DNA of 57,020 nucleotides, from assembly GCA_020724725.1 (NCBI GenBank), contig DYGL01000002.1:1-57020 (forward strand), read 5' to 3'. This document shows positions 41,564-51,067 of this stretch, piece after piece. The position numbers and the translations under genes are program-made. This DNA is from Candidatus Microgenomatus sp. (GTDB lineage: Bacteria; Patescibacteriota; Microgenomatia; UBA1400; PJMF01). Under the pieces are notes generated by a model. It ran no database searches, was not told the DNA's origin, and was given only the letters and a program-made list of their open reading frames with translations. Each line of letters opens with the position of its first letter. The stretch's first letter is position 1.

Positions 41564-43708
41564 GTGCTAAAAAACCACGTTCTCCTTGAGATCCGCACCA
41601 GCAAAGACAGTGAAGAAACAGAAGAAACAGCAGTTCAACTTTTCTCTACTCTGCCCAAGTTACACAACAATTTATTTGACAAGTTGATTGGCAAAAACGA
41701 AAGCTTGAGCTTTGAGATCATGGTGCGCGAGCAAAGCATTCACTTTTTGGCCCATGTGCCACTACGCTTGCTCGAGTATTTTAAAGGAGCTATTCATGCT
41801 AGCTACCCAGAAGCTGTCATTGAAGAATTGCAATTTGATCCAGTAGCTTGGTTTTTTGATCAAAATAAAAAAATCAAAGCAGCCAGCTTCAAACTCAAAA
41901 ACCACAGCTATCTGCCACTTAAAACCTATCAAGAATTTAAAGACATCGATCCTCTTTCTACCCTGATGTCCACTCTTTCCAAAAATGAGGGGCAAGACAC
42001 CATCCTAATCCAGATGGTTTTGGACAATGAAAGTGAATTTTTCCCACAAAGAGGACATATTTCTAGTGAAAAACTAGAAAGTCACCCACAAAAAGCCCTC
42101 ATCGCAGCCAAAATGGACAAAAGGTCTCTTCAAGCAGCTTTTAAACTCGCTGTCTCGACTGATAATAGTAAAAAGAGCAAACTACTTTTGGAAAACATTG
42201 CCGCTGCTTATCAAGCTATTACTCAGAGTGAAAGTAATTCTCTACAACTGCACAACAGATATTTTTGCAAAAAAGCTTTTCTTAGAAAAATGAATGAGAG
42301 AAGTTTTCAAGCTTCTCCCCGCCTCCATTTAAGCTTGGAAGAGACCGCCACCCTCTTTCACTTGCCCAGCAAGAAACTAGGCAACATTAGCAACATTTCT
42401 TGGGGTAAGAAGCTCCTTGGTGAAGCTCCAGAAAATTTGCCGATTGTGACTCAAGACACTCCTGACGAAATCAAACAAAACATTAATGTTTTGGCCGAAA
42501 CTGTTTTCAAGAATCGCAACACCAAATATGGCTTGCTTCGCAACGACCGTCGTCGCCATGTCTATGTTATTGGTAAAACTGGCACTGGTAAGTCTACTCT
42601 CCTTGCCAACATGGCCATCAACGACCTCAAACACAACGAGGGCTTATGTATTATCGATCCGCACGGCGATCTAGTAGAAACCTTGCTTGATTTTATTCCC
42701 AAGCATCGCATTAACGATGTTATTTACTTCGATCCAGCCGATCAAGAGCGCACTGTACAAATCAACCTATTTGAAGGTGAAAACGTAGTTCATCGCGAGC
42801 TAATTGCTTCAGGCATTATTTCCGTTTTTCAAAAACTCTACAGCTATTCTTGGGGCCCCAGACTTGAATATATTTTGCGCAATTGTCTACTTACCCTGCT
42901 CAAAAGCAAGGAAGCCAAGCTTTCTGATGTTTTAGACCTGCTCACCAATCAAAAATTTCGTGACAGCGTCGTCGAGAAACTTGACGACCCCATTCTCAAG
43001 AGCTTCTGGATCAACGAGTACAACAAAATGCAAGATCGTCAACGCCAAGAATCAATTGCTTCTATTCTTAATAAGGTTGGTCAATTTGTCTCTTCACCGA
43101 TTGTGCGTAATGTGGTCAACACCACTCAATCCTCCTTTAGCATTGAGGAATTGATGGATCAGGGCAAAATTCTCTTGGTTAACCTTTCTCAAGGTCGTTT
43201 GGGTGAGGATAATGCCACTCTACTCGGAGCGATGATGATCACCAAAATCCAGTTGGCAGCTATGGGTCGCGTTAATATTCCAGAAGAAAAACGCCGTGAT
43301 TTTTATCTCTATGTCGACGAGTTCCAAAACTTTGCTACCGATTCTTTTGTCAAAATCCTGTCTGAAGCACGCAAATATCGCCTCAACCTCACTCTCGCCA
43401 ATCAATACATTGACCAGATTCCTGAAGAAGTGCGTCAAGCTATCTTTGGCAACTGTGGCAACATTATTAGTTTTGTGATGGGTGCTGGCGATGCCACCTA
43501 TTTCCAAGCCGAATATGGCAACCTTTACAGCCAAGATGACTTAGTTAATCTCGATAAACATCAAATCATTAATAAAATCTCTATCGACAACGTCCTCTCT
43601 CGCCCCTTCCCTGCTTACACCTTGGCTCTCGCCAAAAGCAGCAATCAAAACCGCGAAAAAGTCATTCGCAACAGTCGTGAGAGATACGCAAAGAAGAGAA
43701 TTTTGTGA
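41564..43708 (+). CDS. VirD4/TraD/TrwB-family (type IV coupling protein-like) P-loop ATPase with unknown ~330-aa N-terminal domain and no TM helices
   Basis: GTG start. Walker A VIGKTGTGKSTLL, then CIIDPHGDL (compare TrwB IVDPNGD), Walker B-like RRDFYLYVDEFQNF, and LSEARKYRLNLTLANQ. Confidence 0.7.
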   Translation: MLKNHVLLEIRTSKDSEETEETAVQLFSTLPKLHNNLFDKLIGKNESLSFEIMVREQSIHFLAHVPLRLLEYFKGAIHASYPEAVIEELQFDPVAWFFDQNKKIKAASFKLKNHSYLPLKTYQEFKDIDPLSTLMSTLSKNEGQDTILIQMVLDNESEFFPQRGHISSEKLESHPQKALIAAKMDKRSLQAAFKLAVSTDNSKKSKLLLENIAAAYQAITQSESNSLQLHNRYFCKKAFLRKMNERSFQASPRLHLSLEETATLFHLPSKKLGNISNISWGKKLLGEAPENLPIVTQDTPDEIKQNINVLAETVFKNRNTKYGLLRNDRRRHVYVIGKTGTGKSTLLANMAINDLKHNEGLCIIDPHGDLVETLLDFIPKHRINDVIYFDPADQERTVQINLFEGENVVHRELIASGIISVFQKLYSYSWGPRLEYILRNCLLTLLKSKEAKLSDVLDLLTNQKFRDSVVEKLDDPILKSFWINEYNKMQDRQRQESIASILNKVGQFVSSPIVRNVVNTTQSSFSIEELMDQGKILLVNLSQGRLGEDNATLLGAMMITKIQLAAMGRVNIPEEKRRDFYLYVDEFQNFATDSFVKILSEARKYRLNLTLANQYIDQIPEEVRQAIFGNCGNIISFVMGAGDATYFQAEYGNLYSQDDLVNLDKHQIINKISIDNVLSRPFPAYTLALAKSSNQNREKVIRNSRERYAKKRIL

Positions 43709-43717
43709 GAATTTTAG

Positions 43718-45136
43718 TTAATCTTCTTTTTTACCAAGCAACCCCAACTCCTTTAGCAACTCTTTGATGTTGCTGTGGGTTTGGCGTGAAATGATTTTCT
43801 TAAAACCTAACCTTCGGGCTTCTTTAGCGCGTCGTTCAAAATATGGGCTTTTTCTGATCTCTCCAAGTAAGCCTATCTCACCGATAAAAACTATATTTTG
43901 ATCAATTTTTTTACCCGAAAGAGAGCTTGCTATCGCTACCGCCAAACCCAAATCTACACTCGCCTCTTTGATCTTAAAACCACCCGCTACGCTTAGAAAA
44001 ACATCATAAAAAGCTAGAGGCAGCTGAGCATGCTTCTGCAAAACTGCGGTTAAGACTTGAATACGAGCCAAATCTACCCCTCGCCCCACCCTACGTGGCA
44101 TAGCGAGTTGTGATTTGACCACTAGTGCCTGCACTTCAGCCAAAAGTGGCCTCGTGCCTTCCATTAAACAGACGGTAGACGCTCCAGTCACCAGTTGATT
44201 GCTGTTTTCCAAAAACAATTCGCTAGGGTTGCTAATTTCGCGCAAACCATAGTCTTCACTCTGGAAAAGCCCTACTTCATCAGTGGCTCCAAAACGATTT
44301 TTAAGTGACCTCAACATGCGTAATTGGTCTGATCTTTCGCCCTCCAATAGCAATACTGTGTCAACCATGTGTTCAAAAATCTTAGGCCCTGCAATGACAC
44401 CGTCTTTGGTGATGTGACCAATCAGAAAGGTTGGAATACCCAAAGCTTTCACGGTATCAATAATGCGATCGGCCACTTCACGAATTTGACCCACGCTACC
44501 ACTGGCTCCAGTCAAGAAACTAGTCGAGAGCGATTGAATACTATCAACAATCAGGAGGTCTGGGCGGTCTTTTTTGACCAAGAAATTTAACTCATCAACA
44601 TCAGTAGTAGTGATAAAAATCAGGCTAGAAGCAAGCTTTTCTTTTGAGTAATTATCTTGCTCGTTATCTAAAAATCTATCTATTCTTAGAGATATTTGAG
44701 ATGGACTTTCTTCACCAGCCACGTAGAAGATTTTAAGAGACTTTAAATCTTTGGCCGACTGAGCACGCAAAGACAAAATTTGCAAAATCATTTGTGTTAG
44801 TAAGGTAGATTTGCCGATGCCCGGCTCCCCACCCAACAAAACCACCATGCCAGCCACCAAACCACCGCCCAAAACCCGATCCAACTCTCCAATGCTAGTA
44901 GAAAAACGGTTTTTTGTGCCACTGACGCGCTTGACTTGAGAAAATTCAATTCTTTTTTGGGCAATTTCTGTCTCACTTAGAGTATTTTTTCCCTGAGCCT
45001 GCCTGCCTGTTGGAGCAGCCTGTTCCACTTCCTCCACCAAAGTATTCCAAGCCTGACATTCGCTGCACTGCCCCATCCACTTAGGAAAACTAGCGCTACA
45101 GTTCTGACAAACAAAATGTGATTTGGATTTAGCCAT
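43718..45136 (-). CDS. radA: DNA repair protein RadA/Sms
   Basis: Zinc finger CQNC...CSEC, Walker A GGEPGIGKSTLL, KNRFG motif, and a Lon-like C-terminal domain. Confidence 0.95.
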   Translation of the reverse strand: MAKSKSHFVCQNCSASFPKWMGQCSECQAWNTLVEEVEQAAPTGRQAQGKNTLSETEIAQKRIEFSQVKRVSGTKNRFSTSIGELDRVLGGGLVAGMVVLLGGEPGIGKSTLLTQMILQILSLRAQSAKDLKSLKIFYVAGEESPSQISLRIDRFLDNEQDNYSKEKLASSLIFITTTDVDELNFLVKKDRPDLLIVDSIQSLSTSFLTGASGSVGQIREVADRIIDTVKALGIPTFLIGHITKDGVIAGPKIFEHMVDTVLLLEGERSDQLRMLRSLKNRFGATDEVGLFQSEDYGLREISNPSELFLENSNQLVTGASTVCLMEGTRPLLAEVQALVVKSQLAMPRRVGRGVDLARIQVLTAVLQKHAQLPLAFYDVFLSVAGGFKIKEASVDLGLAVAIASSLSGKKIDQNIVFIGEIGLLGEIRKSPYFERRAKEARRLGFKKIISRQTHSNIKELLKELGLLGKKED

Positions 45137-45144
45137 TTAAAAAC

Positions 45145-45444
45145 CTACTCCACACTGCCTACAAAAAGAGTGTCGCCACTATACTGACCACTAACCGTCA
45201 CATTCTCTCCAACGTAAGCATCTAATTCGACAGTGTAGCTGTCAATTTCTTTGGGAGTTTGACCCATTTCTTGTAGATAAAATCTGCCGCCAGTTTTAGA
45301 AACAGTGCCAGTTTTGGTGGTGGTGCCAACTTTTTCTTTGACTGTTGGGCTTGCTTGCTCTTGCTTTTTGGCTTGATTGAGCCACCAATAAGCTCCTCCA
45401 CCCAAAATTAATAAAGTAACAATGATAATTAAAAGTTGCTTCAT
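45145..45444 (-). CDS. small membrane-anchored hypothetical protein (99 aa)
   Basis: N-terminal TM helix LLIIIVTLLILGGGAYWW. There is a 4-nt start/stop overlap with the upstream gene, and the ORF ends 8 nt before radA. Confidence 0.5.
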   Translation of the reverse strand: MKQLLIIIVTLLILGGGAYWWLNQAKKQEQASPTVKEKVGTTTKTGTVSKTGGRFYLQEMGQTPKEIDSYTVELDAYVGENVTVSGQYSGDTLFVGSVE

Positions 45445-45917
45445 AGCGAACCTTTCTGCTTGAGTTTGTTAATAATTTTGGTCGAAGAAAATTCTGGATT
45501 AAACTCGTGCACTACCACTAGCTTAGCACCAAATTGTGCCAAAATCATTTCTTTCTCTTTTTTGAAAGCCGTATTGGAAGAGACTGCCATAAAATTTGGC
45601 CTGATCTGCTCGATTAAGCGCTGATGATCAGCGGGCTTAGAAAACTCTTCAGGCAAAATAAAAACCTGATCAGCAATCTGCAATTTTTGTAAATTGGTCA
45701 AGCGTTTTGCCTGATTATTGATTGGTCTACCCTCACCTTTCATTTTTTTGACTCGCACATCCGACTCCAAACCAACCAACAATAAATCAGCAACAGCTTT
45801 GGCTTTGCGTAAAAAATTTAAGTGTTCTTGGTGCAACAAATCAAAAACCCCAGTCACCAAAACCAAGGATTGATGCTTAGCTTGTCTCTTGGCTAAAAAG
45901 TCTGTTAGGTTTTGCAT
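45441..45917 (-). CDS. cytidylyltransferase-like nucleotidyltransferase (HxGH superfamily)
   Basis: LVTGVFDLLHQEHLNFLRKAK fits the GxFDxxHxxH motif of the TagD/RfaE-II/FAD-synthetase-like fold. Confidence 0.7.
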   Translation of the reverse strand: MQNLTDFLAKRQAKHQSLVLVTGVFDLLHQEHLNFLRKAKAVADLLLVGLESDVRVKKMKGEGRPINNQAKRLTNLQKLQIADQVFILPEEFSKPADHQRLIEQIRPNFMAVSSNTAFKKEKEMILAQFGAKLVVVHEFNPEFSSTKIINKLKQKGSL

Positions 45918-45990
45918 GGTCAGCGAAAGTCAAGTTTAACATGTCAAGACTTTGAAGTACACGCAAACATGCTAGAATCTATAATCAATC

Positions 45991-46980
45991 ATGAAAAAAA
46001 TTGTCGTCATTGGTGGAGGAACTGGTAGCGCTGTCGTTCTTTCCGGACTCAAAAACTTTCCAGACGTTGAACTGAGTGCTGTAGTAGTGGTCTCCGACAA
46101 TGGTGGCTCGACTGGCAGACTCAGAGATGAATTTGGTTTTCTGCCAGTTGGTGATTTGCGCCAATGCATTGCTGCTCTAGCTACTGGAGAAAATGAAAAA
46201 GAAATTCGCCAGCTATTGCTTTACCGCTTCGACCAAAATTCTAGCCTTAAGGGACATAATCTCGGCAATCTTATTCTAACTTCCCTAGAGAATCTCACTG
46301 GTTCTGCCAGCAAAGCTGTGGAAATTGCTTCCAGAATTTTTCGTACTAGTGGTACTGTTTTACCCATTAGCGAAGATAGTGTTAATTTGGTCATTCACTA
46401 CGGCGATGGCACCATCATGGTGGGTGAAAAAAACCTAGATGATTCAAGTCTTGGTGGTAAAAAAATCAAACAAATCACTTTGGATAAAAAAGCCAAAATC
46501 TATGATAAAGCTTATGAGGCGATTGTGGCAGCTGACCTAGTTGTCTTTGGCCCTGGAGATCTTTATGGCAGCTTGATTCCTAACACTTTGGTGGAAGGGT
46601 TTACTAGTGCCCTAGAGGCCAATAGGCAAAATGGTGGTAAATTTGTCTATGTCAGCAACCTAATGACTCATTATTCTCAAACTCACCTGATGACTGCAAG
46701 ACAGCATTTAGACGAAGTGCATAAGTATTGCCAAAGACAAACCGACTTTGTTTTGATCAACAACGCAGAAATTCCTCCAGAAATTTTAGAGGTTTACAAA
46801 AAAGCCAATGATTTTCCTGTGCTTGATGATTTACAAAGTGTTGAGGGCGGACCCACTTTTGTTCGTCAAGATTTGCTTAGCAACACCATGGTTAAAGCAG
46901 ATAAAAACGACGCCCTCCAAAGAAGCCTGATTCGCCATCACAAACAAAAATTGGCCACTAGCTTGCACCAACTGATTTAA
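45991..46980 (+). CDS. YvcK/CofD family protein (UPF0052, gluconeogenesis factor-like)
   Basis: VVIGGGTGSAVVLSGLK, VVSDNGGSTGRLRDEFG and PVGDLRQC are all typical of the family. Confidence 0.85.
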   Translation: MKKIVVIGGGTGSAVVLSGLKNFPDVELSAVVVVSDNGGSTGRLRDEFGFLPVGDLRQCIAALATGENEKEIRQLLLYRFDQNSSLKGHNLGNLILTSLENLTGSASKAVEIASRIFRTSGTVLPISEDSVNLVIHYGDGTIMVGEKNLDDSSLGGKKIKQITLDKKAKIYDKAYEAIVAADLVVFGPGDLYGSLIPNTLVEGFTSALEANRQNGGKFVYVSNLMTHYSQTHLMTARQHLDEVHKYCQRQTDFVLINNAEIPPEILEVYKKANDFPVLDDLQSVEGGPTFVRQDLLSNTMVKADKNDALQRSLIRHHKQKLATSLHQLI

Positions 46981-46982
46981 AT

Positions 46983-48938
46983 TTATTTAGAGAAATTATA
47001 TTTGCCAAGCACACTAGTAATGCCTAGTGCCGCTGGCTCCAAAGCTTTTTCAACACTAGAACCAGCCAAGACAGAATTAACAGCGTCTTCATAGTATTTA
47101 ATAACTTGATCATTTAGACCATTATCATGAGTGAAACTAGCCATATACCAAGATTTGGCAATTGGCGCATCCTCAGTGTAAGCTCCAACTAATTCATTGC
47201 CTTGCAATTCAGTGGCCATATCAATACGAGGATAGATTTCTCCAAAAGCTCGATATTGACTAGCGTCATTATAAAACTTGCGCAAAACATCCTGAGAAGA
47301 CAAGTGTTTCAAGAAAAGCCAAGCAGCATCTTTGCTTTTGCTCTTGTTGTTGACACCCTCTGCCCAAAAAGTCGCCCAAGCAATGGGATTCTCGCTATCT
47401 AATTGTGGCAGCCTGGCTACCGCAAAATCCAGATTGGGATTGAGGTTTTTGATGTCATGAACTCTCCAAGAAGGTGCAAAAATCATCGCCACATCTCCTT
47501 TTGCGAAAGCAGTGGTGGAGTTAGCCAAACGATCAGACCAAATTTTATCTTGCCTAATAAAATTAGTGTAAAAAGTAATTGCATCCTTTACATATTGGCT
47601 GCTTACCTCAGAAGGATTACCTCCGTTTTGGATAATTAATAAGCCCAAAATGTCAGAAAAATGATCAACATTACCAGCATTGCCAATTGCTAAACCTGCT
47701 CTAGTGATATTGCCACTTTGGCGATCTGATAGATTGGCAGGCACAGTTAGCTTGTTGGCGGCAGTGCGCAACTCAGCCCAAGTGGTAGGCACACTTAGAT
47801 TGGCGGTCTTAAGCATTTCTTTGTTATAAAAGAGAGCTAAGCCGTCATACATGAGAGGAATGCCAACGATTTGCCCACCAACTTGTAAGTTATTTGTTGC
47901 AGTTGGATAAAAAGTTTGTTTGTACTCAGCTGCGCTCATCACTGTGGCTGGAAGTGGTGCCAAATCCAAACTAAGCATGGGCACCCAAGTCATATGGTAA
48001 CGAAAAATATCTGGACCATTACCAGAAGCAATGGCTTGCTGAAGTCTCTCTCGGTAGTCTCGATGGGATTGTTTGCGATAATCTATCTTAATGCTGGGAT
48101 TTTTGGCCTCAAAATCAGCAATCACTTCTTTGAGAATCTGACTATCTTCCCATAAGCCCCAGTAAGTCAAAGTAGTGACTTCAGTGGGAGCGGTTTTATT
48201 TGCTACGTTGGTATTTTGGTTGGTACTGCTTGTTTTGGCGGGAGTGCTTGTTTTGGGCTTAAACAAACTAAACAACAAAAAAGCCAAAGCTAAAACCAAG
48301 AGCACTGCTCCACCAATCAAAAGTGGTTTGGGCAAATTTAGTTTAAATTTTGATAGAGGATTTTTGGCAGATTTAGCTGGCTCTGCCTGATTTGTTGGGG
48401 CTGAGTTAGCTTGAGCACTAGGAGCTTGAGCAACTTCTGGCTTATCTAGCTTAGGCATTGGTCCTGGAGAAGCTTGGCTTGACTGAATTGGTTGAGAGTT
48501 TTGAGTTGGTTGGGCTGGCTGAACTAGAGTTGGACTGGAAGTCGGAGCTGCAGAGACCATAGGAGTGGCAACTGGCTCAGTTTTTCCAGCACCTTGGCTG
48601 GTATTTAGAGAAATTTGATCAAGAGGTCCAGCTGGTCGACTGGGTACGGGAGGAAGCTGGGTAGGTGAACTAGCAGGCTTGGCTGAATTAATTGTTGGCT
48701 GCGGATTAGGCGCGCTAACTTTCATGTTAGGTGGTGTTCCACCAGGATTTTCTCTAGAAAGACCACCGGGAACCACTTGAGGTTGAGGTTGAGGTTGAGG
48801 TTGAGGTTGAACTGGAGTTGGACTAGAAGCAGGAGTGGCTGGAGCTATAGGAGCAGTAGTTGGCACAGAATTAATTGCCGGCTGACCTGGCAAATTGGGT
48901 TTTGGTAAGTTCTGGCTTGGCATAGACGCAAATTGCAC
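46983..48938 (-). CDS. extracellular solute-binding protein (ABC sugar-type SBP family 1) with ~215-aa Pro/Gln/Ala-rich N-terminal region and TM anchor
   Basis: After the TM helix (LLIGGAVLLVLALAFLLFSLF) comes TLTYWGLWEDSQILKEVIADFEAKNPSIKIDY...GNGPDIF, typical of SBP_bac_1. No permease or ATPase genes are adjacent. Confidence 0.75.
   Translation of the reverse strand: MQFASMPSQNLPKPNLPGQPAINSVPTTAPIAPATPASSPTPVQPQPQPQPQPQVVPGGLSRENPGGTPPNMKVSAPNPQPTINSAKPASSPTQLPPVPSRPAGPLDQISLNTSQGAGKTEPVATPMVSAAPTSSPTLVQPAQPTQNSQPIQSSQASPGPMPKLDKPEVAQAPSAQANSAPTNQAEPAKSAKNPLSKFKLNLPKPLLIGGAVLLVLALAFLLFSLFKPKTSTPAKTSSTNQNTNVANKTAPTEVTTLTYWGLWEDSQILKEVIADFEAKNPSIKIDYRKQSHRDYRERLQQAIASGNGPDIFRYHMTWVPMLSLDLAPLPATVMSAAEYKQTFYPTATNNLQVGGQIVGIPLMYDGLALFYNKEMLKTANLSVPTTWAELRTAANKLTVPANLSDRQSGNITRAGLAIGNAGNVDHFSDILGLLIIQNGGNPSEVSSQYVKDAITFYTNFIRQDKIWSDRLANSTTAFAKGDVAMIFAPSWRVHDIKNLNPNLDFAVARLPQLDSENPIAWATFWAEGVNNKSKSKDAAWLFLKHLSSQDVLRKFYNDASQYRAFGEIYPRIDMATELQGNELVGAYTEDAPIAKSWYMASFTHDNGLNDQVIKYYEDAVNSVLAGSSVEKALEPAALGITSVLGKYNFSK
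48781..48810. repeat. hexanucleotide microsatellite (GGTTGA)x5 encoding (PQ)n on the minus strand
   Basis: Read directly: five perfect GGTTGA units, in frame within the SBP gene. Confidence 0.9.
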
Positions 48939-48963
48939 GATACAATGGAGTGCACCCTCTATT

Positions 48964-50772
48964 ATGGATAAAATTTACGAAGCAATCAAGCGTAGCTTCA
49001 ATCAAAAAACTCAGAACCAATTTTTACTTGGTTTAGGCATTTTGCTTTTATTTCTAAGCGCTTGGCTAGTATTGGTTTACTTACAATACTACAATGACAA
49101 GTTTTTGCCCAAAACTTACATTGATGATGTCAATGTCTCTGGTCTCAAAATTGAAGAAGCTCGAGAAAAAATTCTCCAACAATTAAATAGCAAAATTGAT
49201 TTCAAACAACAAAAACTAACATTAAGTTACGAAGAGCATTTTGTAGAAGCAGAGCTAGAACAACTCGATGTTCATGACAATTTAGACGAAGTTTTGACAG
49301 AAGCTTTTGCCAAAAATCGCGATCAAAGTCTCGTGTCCATAATTAAAAGCCATTTCAATCCTCAAAGATACAATGTTGGATTAAATTTTGCTCCTGAAAA
49401 AGTGGATGTTTTAATTCAAGAATTAAAGAAAAAAGTCGATGTTGTCGGTCAAGAACCACAGGCGAAATTGATTGGCCAAACAATAACAATCGACAGAGGC
49501 TCAAATGGCACAGAATTACTAGTTGAAGAAACTTGGCAAGCCTTGCATCAGCAAATTTTAGAGAGAAATTTGCGAGATCTAGAGGCTCAAGATTTTATGC
49601 TCAAAGCTGTAGTCAATCAGCCAATTGTGGCTTTAAGTGAAGAGCAAATAGAAGTAAGTCAAAAAAGGCTTGAAAAATTTATCGGACAAAGCTTTGAATT
49701 TCATTACGATTACCGCAAAACCACCCTAAAGGGACAAGAGCTAATTGATTTGCTAAAAATTCCAGAAGGTCTAAATCAAGAAAAAATCAATGAATTTATT
49801 CAAACATTAAAAACTCAAGTTGATCGTCCTAGTAGCGATGCTGTTTTTAAATATAATCCTGAAACCTTAGTCGTTGAAGAATTTAAACCTGATCAAGATG
49901 GCTTGGAAGTTGATGCGCTAGCAAGCCAAGAAATTATTGAAAATTTCTTACAACAAGTTGAGAATCGAGCCGATGAAAACCAAAAAATTGAAAGCTCATT
50001 TGACTTGCCCATGGCCAAAGTTAAAGCTGACCTGACTTTAGAAGAAAGCAATGATTTGGGGATTAAAGAAGTGATTGGTTTTGGCGAAAGCTGGTATGAC
50101 CACTCCATCCCCAACCGTATTTTTAATGTGGATTTGGCCACCAGTCGCATCACCAATCACATCGTCAAGCCAAACGCAGAGTTTTCCTTCAACAAAGCTC
50201 TCGGTGACGTGTCGGATCGATCTGGCTATCGCAATGCCTACATCATCGAAGCTGGTCAAACTAAATTATCTCCAGGTGGCGGGGTTTGCCAAGTTAGTAG
50301 TACGCTTTTCCGTTCCCTGCTTGATGCTGGAGTCAAAATTAGCAAGCGCTTGCCTCATGCCTACCGTGTCTCTTATTACGAGATTGGCAACGAACCTGGT
50401 TTTGATGCTACTGTCTACGCTGGTGAGGTTGATTTACGCTTCATCAATGACACTCCTGGCCATATTTTGATCAGTTGTCAAAGTGATAATAAAAATCTTT
50501 ACATGTCTTGCAAACTTTACGGCACCAGTGATGGTCGTTCCAACGAAATTGTGAACTACAAAAAATGGGGCGCTTCTCCTCCTCTACCCACTGTTTACAT
50601 TGATACTCCAGAGCTTCCAAGTGGCAAGCTGGAACAAATTGACTGGTCAGCTAGTGGCATTAAAGCTGAATTTACCAATGTCATTCGCGACCGCGATGGT
50701 CAAGTCATTCGTGAAGATTACTACCACAGCAGCTATCGACCTTGGGCAGCTAAGTATTTGAGGGGTATTTAG
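48964..50772 (+). CDS. VanW family protein with N-terminal TM anchor
   Basis: VanW core GGGVCQVSSTLFRSLLDAGVKISKRLPHAYRVSYY. I chose the start at ATG 48964 (MDKIYEAIKR) rather than the track start at 48895, which would overlap the divergent SBP gene by 44 nt. Confidence 0.8.
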   Translation: MDKIYEAIKRSFNQKTQNQFLLGLGILLLFLSAWLVLVYLQYYNDKFLPKTYIDDVNVSGLKIEEAREKILQQLNSKIDFKQQKLTLSYEEHFVEAELEQLDVHDNLDEVLTEAFAKNRDQSLVSIIKSHFNPQRYNVGLNFAPEKVDVLIQELKKKVDVVGQEPQAKLIGQTITIDRGSNGTELLVEETWQALHQQILERNLRDLEAQDFMLKAVVNQPIVALSEEQIEVSQKRLEKFIGQSFEFHYDYRKTTLKGQELIDLLKIPEGLNQEKINEFIQTLKTQVDRPSSDAVFKYNPETLVVEEFKPDQDGLEVDALASQEIIENFLQQVENRADENQKIESSFDLPMAKVKADLTLEESNDLGIKEVIGFGESWYDHSIPNRIFNVDLATSRITNHIVKPNAEFSFNKALGDVSDRSGYRNAYIIEAGQTKLSPGGGVCQVSSTLFRSLLDAGVKISKRLPHAYRVSYYEIGNEPGFDATVYAGEVDLRFINDTPGHILISCQSDNKNLYMSCKLYGTSDGRSNEIVNYKKWGASPPLPTVYIDTPELPSGKLEQIDWSASGIKAEFTNVIRDRDGQVIREDYYHSSYRPWAAKYLRGI

Positions 50773-50847
50773 GTAACAATCTTCTACATTTTCAAAATCA
50801 AATGAATTGCACTTTTTGCAATATTGCTCTGGCAAAATATAAGTTAT

Positions 50848-51053
50848 GGGCCGGAGCGCTGGTGCGCAATTTTGTCCACGAAAAACAATTAAAAGTGGGG
50901 TTCTGCCTCCAAGAGCGAAGCTCGTGGATAATACCCGAAGGGTGAATTCCCCCTCCGGTCCACAACTCTTTAAAAATAAAATTAAAAGATCTTTTGAGCT
51001 TGAAAAATTCAATTATTTTTGTATACTAAACCATAGTTTCGTGGACAAAATTG
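50848..51053. other. GC-rich structured island with crossing inverted repeats (unknown element)
   Basis: GGGCCGGAG (50848-50856) pairs with CTCCGGTCC (50953-50961). CAATTTTGTCCACGAAA (50867-50883) is the exact reverse complement of 51037-51053. Two small CGAAG-loop hairpins lie inside. Confidence 0.25.
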
Positions 51054-51067
51054 GGGAATACCCGAAT

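Noticed and set aside
48895-48963. The upstream start of the VanW ORF as listed in the track (MGFGKFWLGIDANCTIQWSAPSI...).
   Set aside because: It would overlap the divergently transcribed SBP gene by 44 nt and add a non-signal-like extension. ATG 48964 precedes the TM anchor and removes the overlap.
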